Below, piece after piece: positions 1-9,229 of a stretch of 49,116 bases of DNA (the stretch's first letter is position 1; each line of letters starts with the position of its first letter). The notes under the pieces were generated by a model, which saw nothing but the letters and a program-made list of their open reading frames with translations, had not been told where the DNA came from and ran no database searches. The translations under genes were made by a program, and so were the position numbers. Origin of the DNA: Acidimicrobiales bacterium (GTDB lineage: Bacteria > Actinomycetota > Acidimicrobiia > Acidimicrobiales > VFJN01); assembly GCA_046598435.1 (NCBI GenBank), contig JBKJIL010000276.1:1-49116 (forward strand), read 5' to 3'.

Positions 1-1
1 G

Positions 2-1294
2 CCGCAGGCGCGCCTCCAGGCGCAGCGCAAGGCCCTCGACGCCACGACGGCCGCCTACCAGAGCCTCAACTCCCGCTTCGACGGCATCCTGCAGTCGGCC
101 AAGGCCCTCGCCACGGCGAGCAGCTGGCAGGCGATGAAGGCCACCACCACCGACAGCAACCGCCTGACCGCCTCGGCCTCCGCCACGGCGCTGGCGGCCG
201 AGCTCTCCGTGAGCGTCGAGCGCCTGGCCGCCGCCCACACGGTGGTGTCGGAGGTGGCCGTCGCCGGCCTCTCGACGGTCGTCGCCGCCGGTCCGATCAC
301 CTTCACGATCGGCGGGACACCGGCCACGCCGATCGACGTGGGCGACGGCACGCTGTCGAGCGTCGTCAGCGCCATCAACACGGCCAAGGTCGGCGTGAAC
401 GCGGCGGCCGTGCAGGTGTCGCCCGGGCAGTACCGCCTGCAGCTCACGGCGGCGAGCACCGGCGCGGCGGCGGGCTTCACCGTGGACCCCACCTCACTCG
501 CCGCGCTGGCCAACCCGCTCGAACCCGGTCCGGATCCTGAGGCCTTCGACCTCGTCACTGCGGGCGCCGACGCCGAGATCAAGATCGGCGGAGCGACGGG
601 CTACTCCGTGACGAGCGCCAGCAACACCTTCGCCGACCTGGTCCCCGGAGTGAGCCTGACGGCGGTGCGTGCCGACCCCGGGGTGCTCGTGTCGGTGAGC
701 GTGACCGCCGACGCCGAGGCGCTGGCCACCAAGGTCGAGAAGCTCGTGAGCTCGGTGAACAGCGCCCTGAAGCTCATCGCCGACTCGAGCACCTACGAGT
801 CGAAGAGCGGCACGAAGGGCGCCCTGCTCGGCAACGGCCTGGCCCGTCAGCTCCAACAGAACCTGTACTCGGCGCTGGGCGTCGACCTGCCCGGGCGCTC
901 CCTTGCCGACATCGGCATGAAGATCGGCGCCAACGGGCTCGAGCTCGACCGGGCCAAGCTCATCGCCGCCTACCAGGCCGATCCGGCCATGGTCGTCGAC
1001 AGCTTCACCGGGGGCTCCACCGTGTCGTCGACCGACGGCCTGGCCACCAAGCTGGTGAGCCTGGGCACGTTGGCCGCCGATCCCACCACCGGGCTCGTGT
1101 CGATGGCCATCAAGTCCACCGGCGACAAGGCCGTCACCTTCGATCGTCAGATCGCGGCGTGGGACGTTCGCCTCGCCACCCGTGAGAGCACGCTGCGTCG
1201 CCAGTACTCGGCGATGGAGGTGGCTCTCGGCAACCTCAAGAACCAGAGCTCCTGGCTGGCCGGTCAGATCAACGGCCTACCGAGCTGGGAGTAG
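2..1294 (+). CDS. fliD: Flagellar filament cap protein FliD (hook-associated protein 2), 5'-partial
   Basis: The frame of ORF 134..1294 stays open upstream to nt 2 (PQARLQAQRKALDATTAAYQSLNSRFDGILQ...), so the gene starts outside the window. FliD-like C-terminal coiled coil (RESTLRRQYSAMEVALGNLKNQSSWLAGQI). fliS follows directly. Confidence 0.85.
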   Translation, partial: PQARLQAQRKALDATTAAYQSLNSRFDGILQSAKALATASSWQAMKATTTDSNRLTASASATALAAELSVSVERLAAAHTVVSEVAVAGLSTVVAAGPITFTIGGTPATPIDVGDGTLSSVVSAINTAKVGVNAAAVQVSPGQYRLQLTAASTGAAAGFTVDPTSLAALANPLEPGPDPEAFDLVTAGADAEIKIGGATGYSVTSASNTFADLVPGVSLTAVRADPGVLVSVSVTADAEALATKVEKLVSSVNSALKLIADSSTYESKSGTKGALLGNGLARQLQQNLYSALGVDLPGRSLADIGMKIGANGLELDRAKLIAAYQADPAMVVDSFTGGSTVSSTDGLATKLVSLGTLAADPTTGLVSMAIKSTGDKAVTFDRQIAAWDVRLATRESTLRRQYSAMEVALGNLKNQSSWLAGQINGLPSWE

Positions 1295-1306
1295 GAGACC
1301 ACCACC

Positions 1307-1708
1307 ATGTCCGACGACCCTCGCCGCGCCTACCTCGACGTCGGCCTCGCCACTGCCTCGCCAGAGAAGCTCCTGACGATGCTCTGGGACCGGCTGATCC
1401 TCGATCTGACCATCGCCGAGCAGGCCCTCAGCGACCAGGATCTCCCCGTCGTGAGCCAACGCCTCCTCCACGCCCAGGACATCGTCTTCGAGCTGCGGGC
1501 CACGCTGCGGCTCGACGCGTGGGACGGGGCCGCCGGGCTCGCTTCGCTCTACGCCTACGTCGAGGGCCAGCTCGTGCTGGCCAACGTCCGCAAGGACGTG
1601 CAGCTCGTGCAGGAGTGCCGGGGGCTGCTGGAGCCGTTGCGGGCCGCCTTCCACGAGGCTGCTCGCCTCACCGGCATGCAGCGGGCGACCCTGGCAGCCT
1701 CCGCGTGA
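1307..1708 (+). CDS. fliS: Flagellin-specific export chaperone FliS
   Basis: 133 aa with a four-helix FliS-like sequence (LLTMLWDRLILDL..., LHAQDIVFELRATL..., LASLYAYVEGQLVLAN). SD-like GGAGTAGGAGA lies upstream. Sits directly after fliD. Confidence 0.9.
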   Translation: MSDDPRRAYLDVGLATASPEKLLTMLWDRLILDLTIAEQALSDQDLPVVSQRLLHAQDIVFELRATLRLDAWDGAAGLASLYAYVEGQLVLANVRKDVQLVQECRGLLEPLRAAFHEAARLTGMQRATLAASA

Positions 1709-2013
1709 GTGCTTGGGCGATCTACCTCGATGAGCTGGAGGAGATCCTCGAGCGCACGGAGCGCGGCCTCGGCGACGGCGATCTCGACGCCGCGGGGCTC
1801 GCCCTCGCCGCGCTGGCGGGCGCTCCGGGCCGCGGCCTCCCGACCCTGCCCGACCAGCTGACGGACCGAGCGATGCGCGCCGTCGGTCGCCTGAACGCGC
1901 TCGAGGCGGCCGCCAGCCACGCCCTCGCTCGGCTCCGGCCCGAGCTCGCGATGCTCGCTGGAGCGGCGACCAACGCCCCCGCGACCGCTCTGTTCCTCGA
2001 TCACTCGGCCTAA
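1705..2013 (+). CDS. Small helical hypothetical protein in the flagellar operon (possible FliT-like chaperone)
   Basis: GTG at 1705 overlaps the fliS stop (GTGA). 102 codons with high GC3 (VSAWAIYLDELEEILERTERGL...). No motif I recognise. Confidence 0.45.
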   Translation: MSAWAIYLDELEEILERTERGLGDGDLDAAGLALAALAGAPGRGLPTLPDQLTDRAMRAVGRLNALEAAASHALARLRPELAMLAGAATNAPATALFLDHSA

Positions 2014-2125
2014 CCACCGGGAAGTCCTCAGGTCCTGCGTCCCCCGGACGATCAGGGGCCCAGCACGGAGAGCGCGAGAGCTGCCACGGATCGGCGGCGT
2101 ACCCCTTGGACACTTGGGAGCACGC

Positions 2126-2470
2126 ATGACCGATGTGACGATGGCCGCCCTGCACCAGGCGCTGCGTGGCCTGTCGGCTCGGCAGCGCACGATCGCCGAC
2201 AACATCGCCAACCTCGAGACGCCGGAGTTCCTGGCGGGGCGAGTCGACTTCGAGTCCAGCCTCTCGGCCGCCCTGGCCGGCGGCGACCCGCAGTCCGCCG
2301 AGGTGACGGCCACCCGATCGATGGCCCCCACCGGCGTGAACGGGAACAACGTCAACCTCGACCAGGAGACCATCTCCATGATCGAGACGGACCTCCGCTA
2401 CCAGATGACCTCGCAGGCCATGTCGAACAAGTTCGGCTTGCTCCGCACCGCGATCGCAGGCGGCGCCTGA
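2126..2470 (+). CDS. flgB: Flagellar basal-body rod protein FlgB
   Basis: Rod-protein N-terminal motif (RQRTIADNIANLETPEF) and C-terminal NGNNVNLDQETISMIETDLRYQ. ATG 2126 is preceded by GGGAG. The ORF track starts at TTG 2114. Confidence 0.9.
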   Translation: MTDVTMAALHQALRGLSARQRTIADNIANLETPEFLAGRVDFESSLSAALAGGDPQSAEVTATRSMAPTGVNGNNVNLDQETISMIETDLRYQMTSQAMSNKFGLLRTAIAGGA

Positions 2471-2886
2471 TGGCCACCTTCCCGGTGCTCTCCACCATGG
2501 CCAACGGGCTGGGCGTGTTCCGCACGTGGATGGACGCCATCGGCGACAACCTGGCCAACCTCAACACGGCTCGGGCGACCGACGAGGATGCCTTCCAAGC
2601 CCGGTACATCGTGGCCGAGGCGGTCGACTACGGGAGCGCCGCCACCCCCGGGATCGGTACCGGGAGCCGGGTGGCCCGAGTGGAGCTCGGCAGCGCCGAA
2701 GGTCGCCTGGTGCACGACCCCGAGCACCCCCTCGCCGACGCTGACGGGATGGTGCGGATGCCCGACATCGACATGTCGTCGCAGATGACGCAGCTCATCC
2801 AGGCGCAGCGCGGCTACCAGGCGAACCTCGCCGTGGTCGACCGAGCGCGCGACGCCTACCTCGCCGCCCTCCAGATCGGGAAGTGA
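2470..2886 (+). CDS. flgC: Flagellar basal-body rod protein FlgC
   Basis: MDAIGDNLANLNTARA... and C-terminal MSSQMTQLIQAQRGYQANLAVV. The ATG shares its A with the flgB stop (TGATG). Confidence 0.92.
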   Translation: MATFPVLSTMANGLGVFRTWMDAIGDNLANLNTARATDEDAFQARYIVAEAVDYGSAATPGIGTGSRVARVELGSAEGRLVHDPEHPLADADGMVRMPDIDMSSQMTQLIQAQRGYQANLAVVDRARDAYLAALQIGK

Positions 2887-3209
2887 CGGCCATGCCCATC
2901 GGACCTCTCGCCGGCGTGTCCAGCGCCGCCTTCACTCCTCTGACGGCGTTGGTCGACACGGCTACGACGCAGGCGCCCAAGGCCAGCTCGGCTGGCTTCG
3001 GCGACGCGGTCGTCGGTGCCCTCAACGACCTGTCAGCCACCCACAACGGGGTCGACGCCCTCGCCACCAAGGCGGCGACGGGCCAGCTCCCCGACGTGCA
3101 CGACTACACGATCGCTGCGACGGAGGCGTCGTTGGCGACCGAGCTCACCGTTGCCGTCCGGAACAAGGCCGTCGAGGCCTTCACACAGATCATGAACATG
3201 CCCCTCTGA
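2883..3209 (+). CDS. fliE: Flagellar hook-basal body complex protein FliE
   Basis: 108 aa with a FliE-like C-terminus (VHDYTIAATEASLATELTVAVRNKAVEAFTQIMNMPL). GTG 2883 overlaps the flgC stop. ATG 2892 is an alternative start. Confidence 0.85.
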   Translation: MTAMPIGPLAGVSSAAFTPLTALVDTATTQAPKASSAGFGDAVVGALNDLSATHNGVDALATKAATGQLPDVHDYTIAATEASLATELTVAVRNKAVEAFTQIMNMPL

Positions 3210-4801
3210 TGGCCGGCATCGACCTCGCCGCCATGAAGGACCGGGCCGGGGGCCTGCTCCACGGCTTCACCCGCGGCCAGAAGACCATGCTCCTCGTCGC
3301 TGTCGGGGCGGCCGCCCTGGGCGCCATGGTGTTCCTCCAGTGGGCCGCCGCGCCCAGCTGGGCACCGCTCTACAGCGGGCTCCCGGCCGCCGAGGCAGCC
3401 AGCGTGACGCAAGAGCTCGACACCATCGGCGTGTCGTACAAGCTCGAAGGAGGCGACACGATCATGGTCCCGCGGGACGCGGTGTACCAGACCCGCCTCG
3501 ACCTCTCGGCCAAGGGCCTCCCGGCCGACGGCGCTCCCGGCTACGACCTCCTCGACGACCAGGGCATCACCACCTCGGAGTTCAAGCAGCGGGTGGACTA
3601 CCAGCGGGCGCTGGAAGGTGAGCTGGTGCGCACGATCACGGTGATCGAGGGCGTCGAGGACGCCAGCGTGCACCTCGTGCTCCCGAAGGACGACCTCTTC
3701 TCCGACGACACGGTGCGGCCGACCGCATCAGTCCTCGTGCACACCACCGGTGACACCTCGCTGTCCAGTGGCCAGGTGCAGTCGATCGTGCACCTGGTGG
3801 CCTCGAGCGTCGAGGGGCTGCAGTCCACGGACGTGACCGTCGCGGACCAGACGGGCCGGATGCTCGCGGCGCCCGGCGAGGACGGCGCCAGCGCGTTGGC
3901 CGGCGACGCCCGGACGACCCAGACCGCTGGGTTCGAGAGCAGCCTGGCCCGCTCGATCGAGGACCTCATCACCCCCATCGCGGGACCGGGTCGGGCCCGA
4001 GTGCAGGTCACGGCCGACCTCGACTTCGACCAGCGTCAGACGACCAGCGAGTCGTTCAGCGACCCCAACACGGCACCGGTGGTGAGCGAGGTCACCTCCG
4101 ACGAGACCTACACCGGCTCCGGCGGTGCGGTGGGCGGGGTGCTCGGACCGGACACCCTCCCCGTCACCGACGGCACGGCGTCGGGCACCGACTACACCAA
4201 GGCCCAGGCCGATCGCACGTACGCGGTGGACAAGGTCACCGAGCAGGTGGAGACAGCCCCCGGCGACGTGCGGCGCCTCTCGGTGGCCGTGCTGCTCGAT
4301 GACAGCGCCGACGTGAACGTGAACCAGCTCACCTCGCTGGTGGCCGCGGCGGCGGGCATCGACACCGACCGGGGCGACCGGCTCGAGGTCACCCAGATCG
4401 CCTTCGACGAGACCGCCCTGCCCGAGGCGCTGCCCGAACCGGCCGGCCCCGCCGCCAGCAACCCGATGCTGTCCCTCGCACGGGTCATCGGCATCGTCGG
4501 GATCATCGCACTCGTGCTGCTGCTCGCCTACCGCAGCGCCCGCCGTTCCTCGGTGGCCCGCTATCCCCTGGCCATCCCGCTCGATCCTCTCGCCCTGAAC
4601 GAGGGCACACGGGCGCGGGACGACGACGACATCGACGTCGACCTCGAAGCACTCGAGCGCTCCGCCGAGCGGGCGCTGGCCGCCAGCTCGGCGGAGAAGG
4701 AGCAGATCGTGGTGCAATCACAGATCGGCGACCTGATCGACCGACAGCCCGACGAGGTCGCCCAGGTGCTGCGCGGCTGGCTCGCTGATCGGCGCGGCTG
4801 A
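3209..4801 (+). CDS. fliF: Flagellar MS-ring protein FliF
   Basis: 530 aa with an N-terminal TM segment (MLLVAVGAAALGAMVFL), a YscJ/FliF-like region (WAPLYSGLPAAEAASVTQELDTIGVSYKLEGGDTIMVP) and a second TM near the C-terminus. Confidence 0.92.
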   Translation: MAGIDLAAMKDRAGGLLHGFTRGQKTMLLVAVGAAALGAMVFLQWAAAPSWAPLYSGLPAAEAASVTQELDTIGVSYKLEGGDTIMVPRDAVYQTRLDLSAKGLPADGAPGYDLLDDQGITTSEFKQRVDYQRALEGELVRTITVIEGVEDASVHLVLPKDDLFSDDTVRPTASVLVHTTGDTSLSSGQVQSIVHLVASSVEGLQSTDVTVADQTGRMLAAPGEDGASALAGDARTTQTAGFESSLARSIEDLITPIAGPGRARVQVTADLDFDQRQTTSESFSDPNTAPVVSEVTSDETYTGSGGAVGGVLGPDTLPVTDGTASGTDYTKAQADRTYAVDKVTEQVETAPGDVRRLSVAVLLDDSADVNVNQLTSLVAAAAGIDTDRGDRLEVTQIAFDETALPEALPEPAGPAASNPMLSLARVIGIVGIIALVLLLAYRSARRSSVARYPLAIPLDPLALNEGTRARDDDDIDVDLEALERSAERALAASSAEKEQIVVQSQIGDLIDRQPDEVAQVLRGWLADRRG

Positions 4802-5817
4802 TGTCGACCCTCGCCCCCGCCGGCCTCACCGGCCCACAGAAGGCCGCCGTGCTCCTGCTCCAGATGGGCAAGGAGCGCTCGGCCAAGGTGCTGCGCTCGA
4901 TGCGCGAGTCCGAGGTGGCCGAGATCATGGCCGAGGTCGCTCGCCTCCGAAACGTCGACTCCAACCGCGTTGCCGAGGTGCTCGACGAGTTCCGCGAGAT
5001 GGCGGAGCAGAAGATCTCCTTCACCTCCGGTGGGCTCGAGCTGGCCCGTTCGATCCTCGAGGAGACCCTCGGGCAGGACCACGCCAGCCAGATCCTGGAC
5101 CGCGTGACCCAAGGTCGCCTCGAGCTCCCCTTCGAGTTCCTCCACCGAGCCGACCCCCGCCAGGTGCTCACCTTCATCGAGAACGAGCACCCGCAGACGA
5201 TCACGCTGGTGCTCGCCCACATGCCTCCGGACCGAGCCGCCCTGGTGCTCTCGGGGCTCTCCGAGGATCGTCAGCGCACGGTGGCTCACCGCTTGGCGGT
5301 GATGGACCGCACGTCGCCCGACGTCATCGAGCAGGTCGAGCAGGTGCTCGAGCGTCGCTTGTCCTCCGTGCTGCAGCCCTCGGAGATGACCGCCGTCGGT
5401 GGGGTGCAGAGCCTCGTCGACATCTTGAACCGCTCAGATCGCGGCACCGAGCGCCTCATCCTGGAGACGCTGGAGCGCGACGACCCCGAGCTGGCCGACG
5501 AGGTGCGCCAGCGCATGTTCGTGTTCGAGGACATCACCCAGCTCGACGACCGCTCGGTGCAGCTCGTGCTCCGCCAGGTCGACACGAAGGACCTGGCCGT
5601 CGCGCTGAAGGGCGTTCGGCCCGACGTGCGCCAGCTGATCCTTCGCAACATGTCGGAGCGAGCGGCCCAGAACCTGGTCGAGGAGATCGACCTGCTCGGA
5701 CCGGTGCGGCTCAAGTCGGTCGAGGAGGCCCAGGGCGGCATCGTGCGCGTCATCCGGGCCCTCGAGGAATCCGGTCAGCTCGTCCTCAACAGGAGCGCCG
5801 ATGAGTTCGTCGAGTAG
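4801..5817 (+). CDS. fliG: Flagellar motor switch protein FliG
   Basis: LTGPQKAAVLLLQMGKERSAKVL... and the C-terminal torque-helix region (NMSERAAQNLVEEIDLLGPVRLKSVEEAQGGIVRVIRALEESG). Confidence 0.95.
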   Translation: MSTLAPAGLTGPQKAAVLLLQMGKERSAKVLRSMRESEVAEIMAEVARLRNVDSNRVAEVLDEFREMAEQKISFTSGGLELARSILEETLGQDHASQILDRVTQGRLELPFEFLHRADPRQVLTFIENEHPQTITLVLAHMPPDRAALVLSGLSEDRQRTVAHRLAVMDRTSPDVIEQVEQVLERRLSSVLQPSEMTAVGGVQSLVDILNRSDRGTERLILETLERDDPELADEVRQRMFVFEDITQLDDRSVQLVLRQVDTKDLAVALKGVRPDVRQLILRNMSERAAQNLVEEIDLLGPVRLKSVEEAQGGIVRVIRALEESGQLVLNRSADEFVE

Positions 5818-6457
5818 CGACGGACGCCGCCCCGCCCGCCGGGTGCTGCGCGACACGGCATCGGGGGCCGGGGCGACGGGTCTGCTCGACCTCGACCTGG
5901 CACCGGCTGGGCTGGCCCGCCTCGATCCCTGCCGCATCGACGCCGCCGTGACCGAGGGGCACGCGGCGGGGTACGCGGCCGGCTTCGACGCCGGTCGAGC
6001 AGCCGCCCTGGCCGAACAGGCCTCGCTGACGGCGGCCTACGAGCGTCGTCTCTCCGGTGTCATCCAGGCCAGCGAGCACGCCGTGACCGAAGCGATGAGC
6101 GGTCTCACGGCGGTGGCGGATGCCGCCGCCCGCGTCACGGCGGGAGCGGCCTTCGCCATCGCCGAGGCCATCGTCGGCCGCGAGCTGCAGCTGGCTGAGC
6201 ATCCCGGACGGGACGCCGTGGCCCGGGCCCTGGCCCTCACCCCGGACGGTGTGGAGGTCACCCTGCGCCTCAACCCGCAGGATGCGGCGACCCTGGTCAG
6301 CAGCGACCTGCCCGCCGGACGAACGATCAACGTGGTGGCCGATGCCGGCGTCGACCGGGGGGACTGCAAGGCCGAGGCCGGATGGACCAGCGTCGACGCA
6401 CGCATCAGCAGCGCCCTCGCCCGGGTGCGAGCCGTCCTGGACGGAGCCGCACGGTGA
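5801..6457 (+). CDS. fliH: Flagellar export ATPase regulator FliH
   Basis: 218 aa located between fliG and fliI. Ala/Gly-rich repeat (AAGYAAGFDAGRAAA) and a FliH-like C-terminal domain (VTLRLNPQDAATL...GDCKAEAGWTSVDARISSAL). Confidence 0.75.
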   Translation: MSSSSSDGRRPARRVLRDTASGAGATGLLDLDLAPAGLARLDPCRIDAAVTEGHAAGYAAGFDAGRAAALAEQASLTAAYERRLSGVIQASEHAVTEAMSGLTAVADAAARVTAGAAFAIAEAIVGRELQLAEHPGRDAVARALALTPDGVEVTLRLNPQDAATLVSSDLPAGRTINVVADAGVDRGDCKAEAGWTSVDARISSALARVRAVLDGAAR

Positions 6458-7800
6458 GCGCACCCACCGCCACCCTGCCCGGCCTCGACCGCGGCACCCT
6501 CGACCGGGCCCTCTCGGCGGCGCGTCCCCACCGGACCGGCCAGGTCACCCGTGTGCTCGGCCTGCACCTCGAGGTGGCAGGGGTGGAGGCCGCCGTCGGC
6601 GACGAGGTGGTGATCACGACGACGACCGGTCCGCTGGTGACGCAGACCGTTGCCCTCCGCGACGGCTCGCTCGTGTGCATGCCCTACGGCGACACCACCG
6701 GAGTGCGAGCCGGCAGCCCTGCCGCGGCCACCGGCGCGCCACCCATGATCCAGGTCGGCGAGGGGTTGCTGGGCCGGGTGCTCGACGGCCTCGGCCGACC
6801 GCTCGACGGCCGCCCGCTGCCCGCTGGGCTGGTGTCCGTGACCGTCGACGGCAGCGCCCCGCACCCCCTCCAGCGGGCTCGCATCGACACCGCCCTCCCC
6901 CTCGGCGTGCGGGCCCTCGACACGCTCGTGCCGTGTGGCCGGGGCCAGCGGCTGGGGATCTTCGCCGGGTCTGGTGTCGGCAAGTCGAGCCTGCTGTCGA
7001 TGGTGGCCCGGGGCACGGAGGCCGACGTCTCGGTCCTGGCCCTCGTCGGGGAGCGCGGCCGGGAGGTGCGCGAGTTCCTCGAGCACGACCTCGGCCCTGA
7101 GGGCCTGGCCCGGTCGGTGGTGGTCGTGGCCACGTCCGACGAGGCACCCCTCGTGCGGCTCCGGGCTGCCTTCACCGCCACCCGCATCGCTGAGAGCTTC
7201 CGCGATGGCGGCGCCGACGTGGTGCTGATGATGGACAGCCTCACCCGCTTCGCCATGGCCCAGCGCGAGGTGGGCCTCTCGGCGGGCGAGCCGCCAGCCA
7301 CCCGCGGCTATCCGCCCTCGGTGTTCACGCTGCTGCCTCGGCTGCTGGAGCGGGCCGGGGCCGGTGCGGTCGGCAGCATCACTGGCCTCTACACCGTGCT
7401 CGTCGAAGGCGACGACATGCAGGACCCCATCGGGGACGCCGCCCGGTCCATCCTCGACGGTCACGTGGTCCTGTCGCGCAAGCTGGCGACGGCCGGCCAC
7501 TTCCCCACCGTCGATGTGCTGGAGTCCATCTCCCGGGTCGTGCCGTCCATCACCACGAAGGCACAGCGCCGGGCCGCGACGGAGCTGCGCCGGCTCATGG
7601 CTGCCCACCGCGACGCCCGAGACCTCATCGAGATCGGCGCCTACGTGCCCGGCACGAACCCGCTCGTCGACCGGGCCGTGGCCCTGTCCGAGCCGATCCG
7701 GGGGTTCCTCACCCAGGACATCGACGAGGTGTCCGACGCGCGAGCAGCGTGGGCCGCCCTGCACCAGATGACCGGCATCTCGCCCGAGGAGGCCGCGTGA
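6454..7800 (+). CDS. fliI: Flagellum-specific ATP synthase FliI
   Basis: Walker A (GSGVGKSSLL) and Walker B region (VVLMMDSLTRFAMAQREV), F1/T3SS-ATPase fold. GTG 6454 overlaps the fliH stop (GTGA). The ORF-track start at 6382 is probably too far upstream. Confidence 0.95.
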   Translation: MSAPTATLPGLDRGTLDRALSAARPHRTGQVTRVLGLHLEVAGVEAAVGDEVVITTTTGPLVTQTVALRDGSLVCMPYGDTTGVRAGSPAAATGAPPMIQVGEGLLGRVLDGLGRPLDGRPLPAGLVSVTVDGSAPHPLQRARIDTALPLGVRALDTLVPCGRGQRLGIFAGSGVGKSSLLSMVARGTEADVSVLALVGERGREVREFLEHDLGPEGLARSVVVVATSDEAPLVRLRAAFTATRIAESFRDGGADVVLMMDSLTRFAMAQREVGLSAGEPPATRGYPPSVFTLLPRLLERAGAGAVGSITGLYTVLVEGDDMQDPIGDAARSILDGHVVLSRKLATAGHFPTVDVLESISRVVPSITTKAQRRAATELRRLMAAHRDARDLIEIGAYVPGTNPLVDRAVALSEPIRGFLTQDIDEVSDARAAWAALHQMTGISPEEAA

Positions 7801-8240
7801 AGCGCTACCGGTTCCGACTCGAGCAGGTGCTGCGGGTGCGCCAGGTGCAGGAGGATCTGGCCGCCGCCGGCCTCGGGGCCGCCCAGCGGACAGAGGTCGA
7901 GGCGGCCGCCGACGCCCAGGCCCGCCGGGACGCCGCCGCTGCCCGACCTCGCCTGCGCGGGGGCTACGGCGCCCCCGAGGTGCTGGTCGCCCGGGTGCTG
8001 TGGGATGCCGAGCTCGACGCCATCACCCGGGCCGATGCCGTGCGGGACGACGCCGCCACTCGTACCGCCGAAGCCCTCGCCGAGTGGACGACGGCGTCGA
8101 AGCGGGTACGCGCCCTCGAGCTGCTCGACGAGCGCCGCCGCGAGGAGCACCGCCTCGAGGCGGATCGGGAGGAGGCGGCCCGCGTCGACGACCTGGTGGC
8201 CGGCCGCTACCGCCACGACCACGCTGAGGCCGCTCGATGA
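7797..8240 (+). CDS. fliJ: Flagellar export chaperone/stalk protein FliJ
   Basis: GTG 7797 overlaps the fliI stop. Coiled-coil protein beginning VKRYRFRLEQVLRVRQVQEDLA, in the canonical position after fliI. Confidence 0.7.
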   Translation: MKRYRFRLEQVLRVRQVQEDLAAAGLGAAQRTEVEAAADAQARRDAAAARPRLRGGYGAPEVLVARVLWDAELDAITRADAVRDDAATRTAEALAEWTTASKRVRALELLDERRREEHRLEADREEAARVDDLVAGRYRHDHAEAAR

Positions 8241-9229
8241 GCACTCCCCTCGCCGTGCAGGCCTCGCTCGCCCAGGTGCAATCGCGCGTCGCCTCCATCG
8301 AGGCCCGCCTCGGGCTGAGCCCCGGCCGCGCCCTCGGTGCCCGCGGCGAGTCCGCGAGTGCCGGGTTCGACCGCGTCCTCGGTGCCTTCGGGGCCGACCG
8401 GGCCTCGTCCACCGGAACCCGACCCACCCCCGCACAGCTGCAGACAGCCGCCCAGGAGTACGTGGGCATCCCGTATGTGTGGGGCGGCACCGACCCCGCC
8501 ACGGGGCTCGACTGCTCGGGCTTCACCCAGAACCTGATGCGCCGCTTCGGCGTGGAGCTGCCACGCGTGAGCGCCGACCAGCTGCGTACGGGCGCTGTCG
8601 TGCCCGACATGGCGGCAGCCCAGCCCGGCGACCTCATCGGCTGGGACACTGGCCCCCGCAACGTCGGTGCTGACCACGTGGCCGTGTACCTGGGCAACGG
8701 GAAGATGGCCGAAGCGCCAGGGCGGGGCGGCCAGGTGCAGATCGTGGCCGTGGACCGGGCCCCCGACTACATCCGGCGCGTGCTGCCGGCCGCCGACCCG
8801 GTGCGCGTCGACACCGCTCGGGCCACCACCGCGATGGGGACCTCACCCTTTGCCGACCTCTTCGCCAGCGCCGGGGCCCGCCACGGCGTCGACCCCAAGC
8901 TGTTGACGCTCATCGCCGAGCGAGAGTCGGCCTTCGATCCGAGAGCCGTCTCGCCCGCCGGCGCCCAAGGGCTGATGCAGCTGATGCCCGCCACGGCCCG
9001 CGGCCTCGGCGTGGCCGATTCGTTCGACCCTGCGCAGGCCATCGACGGCGCCGCCCGGCTCCTGCGCGGGCACCTCGACACCTTCGGATCGGTGGACCGC
9101 GCCCTGGCCGCCTACAACGCCGGCGCCGGGAACGTCCAGCGCTACGGCGGCATCCCCCCCTTCGCCGAGACCCAGGCCTACGTCCGCTGGATCGGTGCCC
9201 GCTATGGAGGTGACGGTCGATGGAGCTGA
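8237..9229 (+). CDS. Bifunctional peptidoglycan hydrolase: NlpC/P60 endopeptidase domain plus SLT lytic transglycosylase domain
   Basis: NlpC/P60 signature (YVWGGTDPATGLDCSGF ... DHVAVYLGNG). SLT signature (ERESAFDP ... GLMQLMP ... AYNAG). No Sec signal peptide. ATGA overlap with fliJ and a 10-nt overlap with fliK. Confidence 0.85.
   Translation: MSTPLAVQASLAQVQSRVASIEARLGLSPGRALGARGESASAGFDRVLGAFGADRASSTGTRPTPAQLQTAAQEYVGIPYVWGGTDPATGLDCSGFTQNLMRRFGVELPRVSADQLRTGAVVPDMAAAQPGDLIGWDTGPRNVGADHVAVYLGNGKMAEAPGRGGQVQIVAVDRAPDYIRRVLPAADPVRVDTARATTAMGTSPFADLFASAGARHGVDPKLLTLIAERESAFDPRAVSPAGAQGLMQLMPATARGLGVADSFDPAQAIDGAARLLRGHLDTFGSVDRALAAYNAGAGNVQRYGGIPPFAETQAYVRWIGARYGGDGRWS

Noticed and set aside
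6037-7764. 575-aa minus-strand ORF, plus the 326-aa ORF at 6120..7100
   Set aside because: They are antisense or off-frame relative to fliH and fliI (Walker motifs lie in the + frame starting at 6454). No recognisable domains and Arg/Pro/Gly-rich composition.
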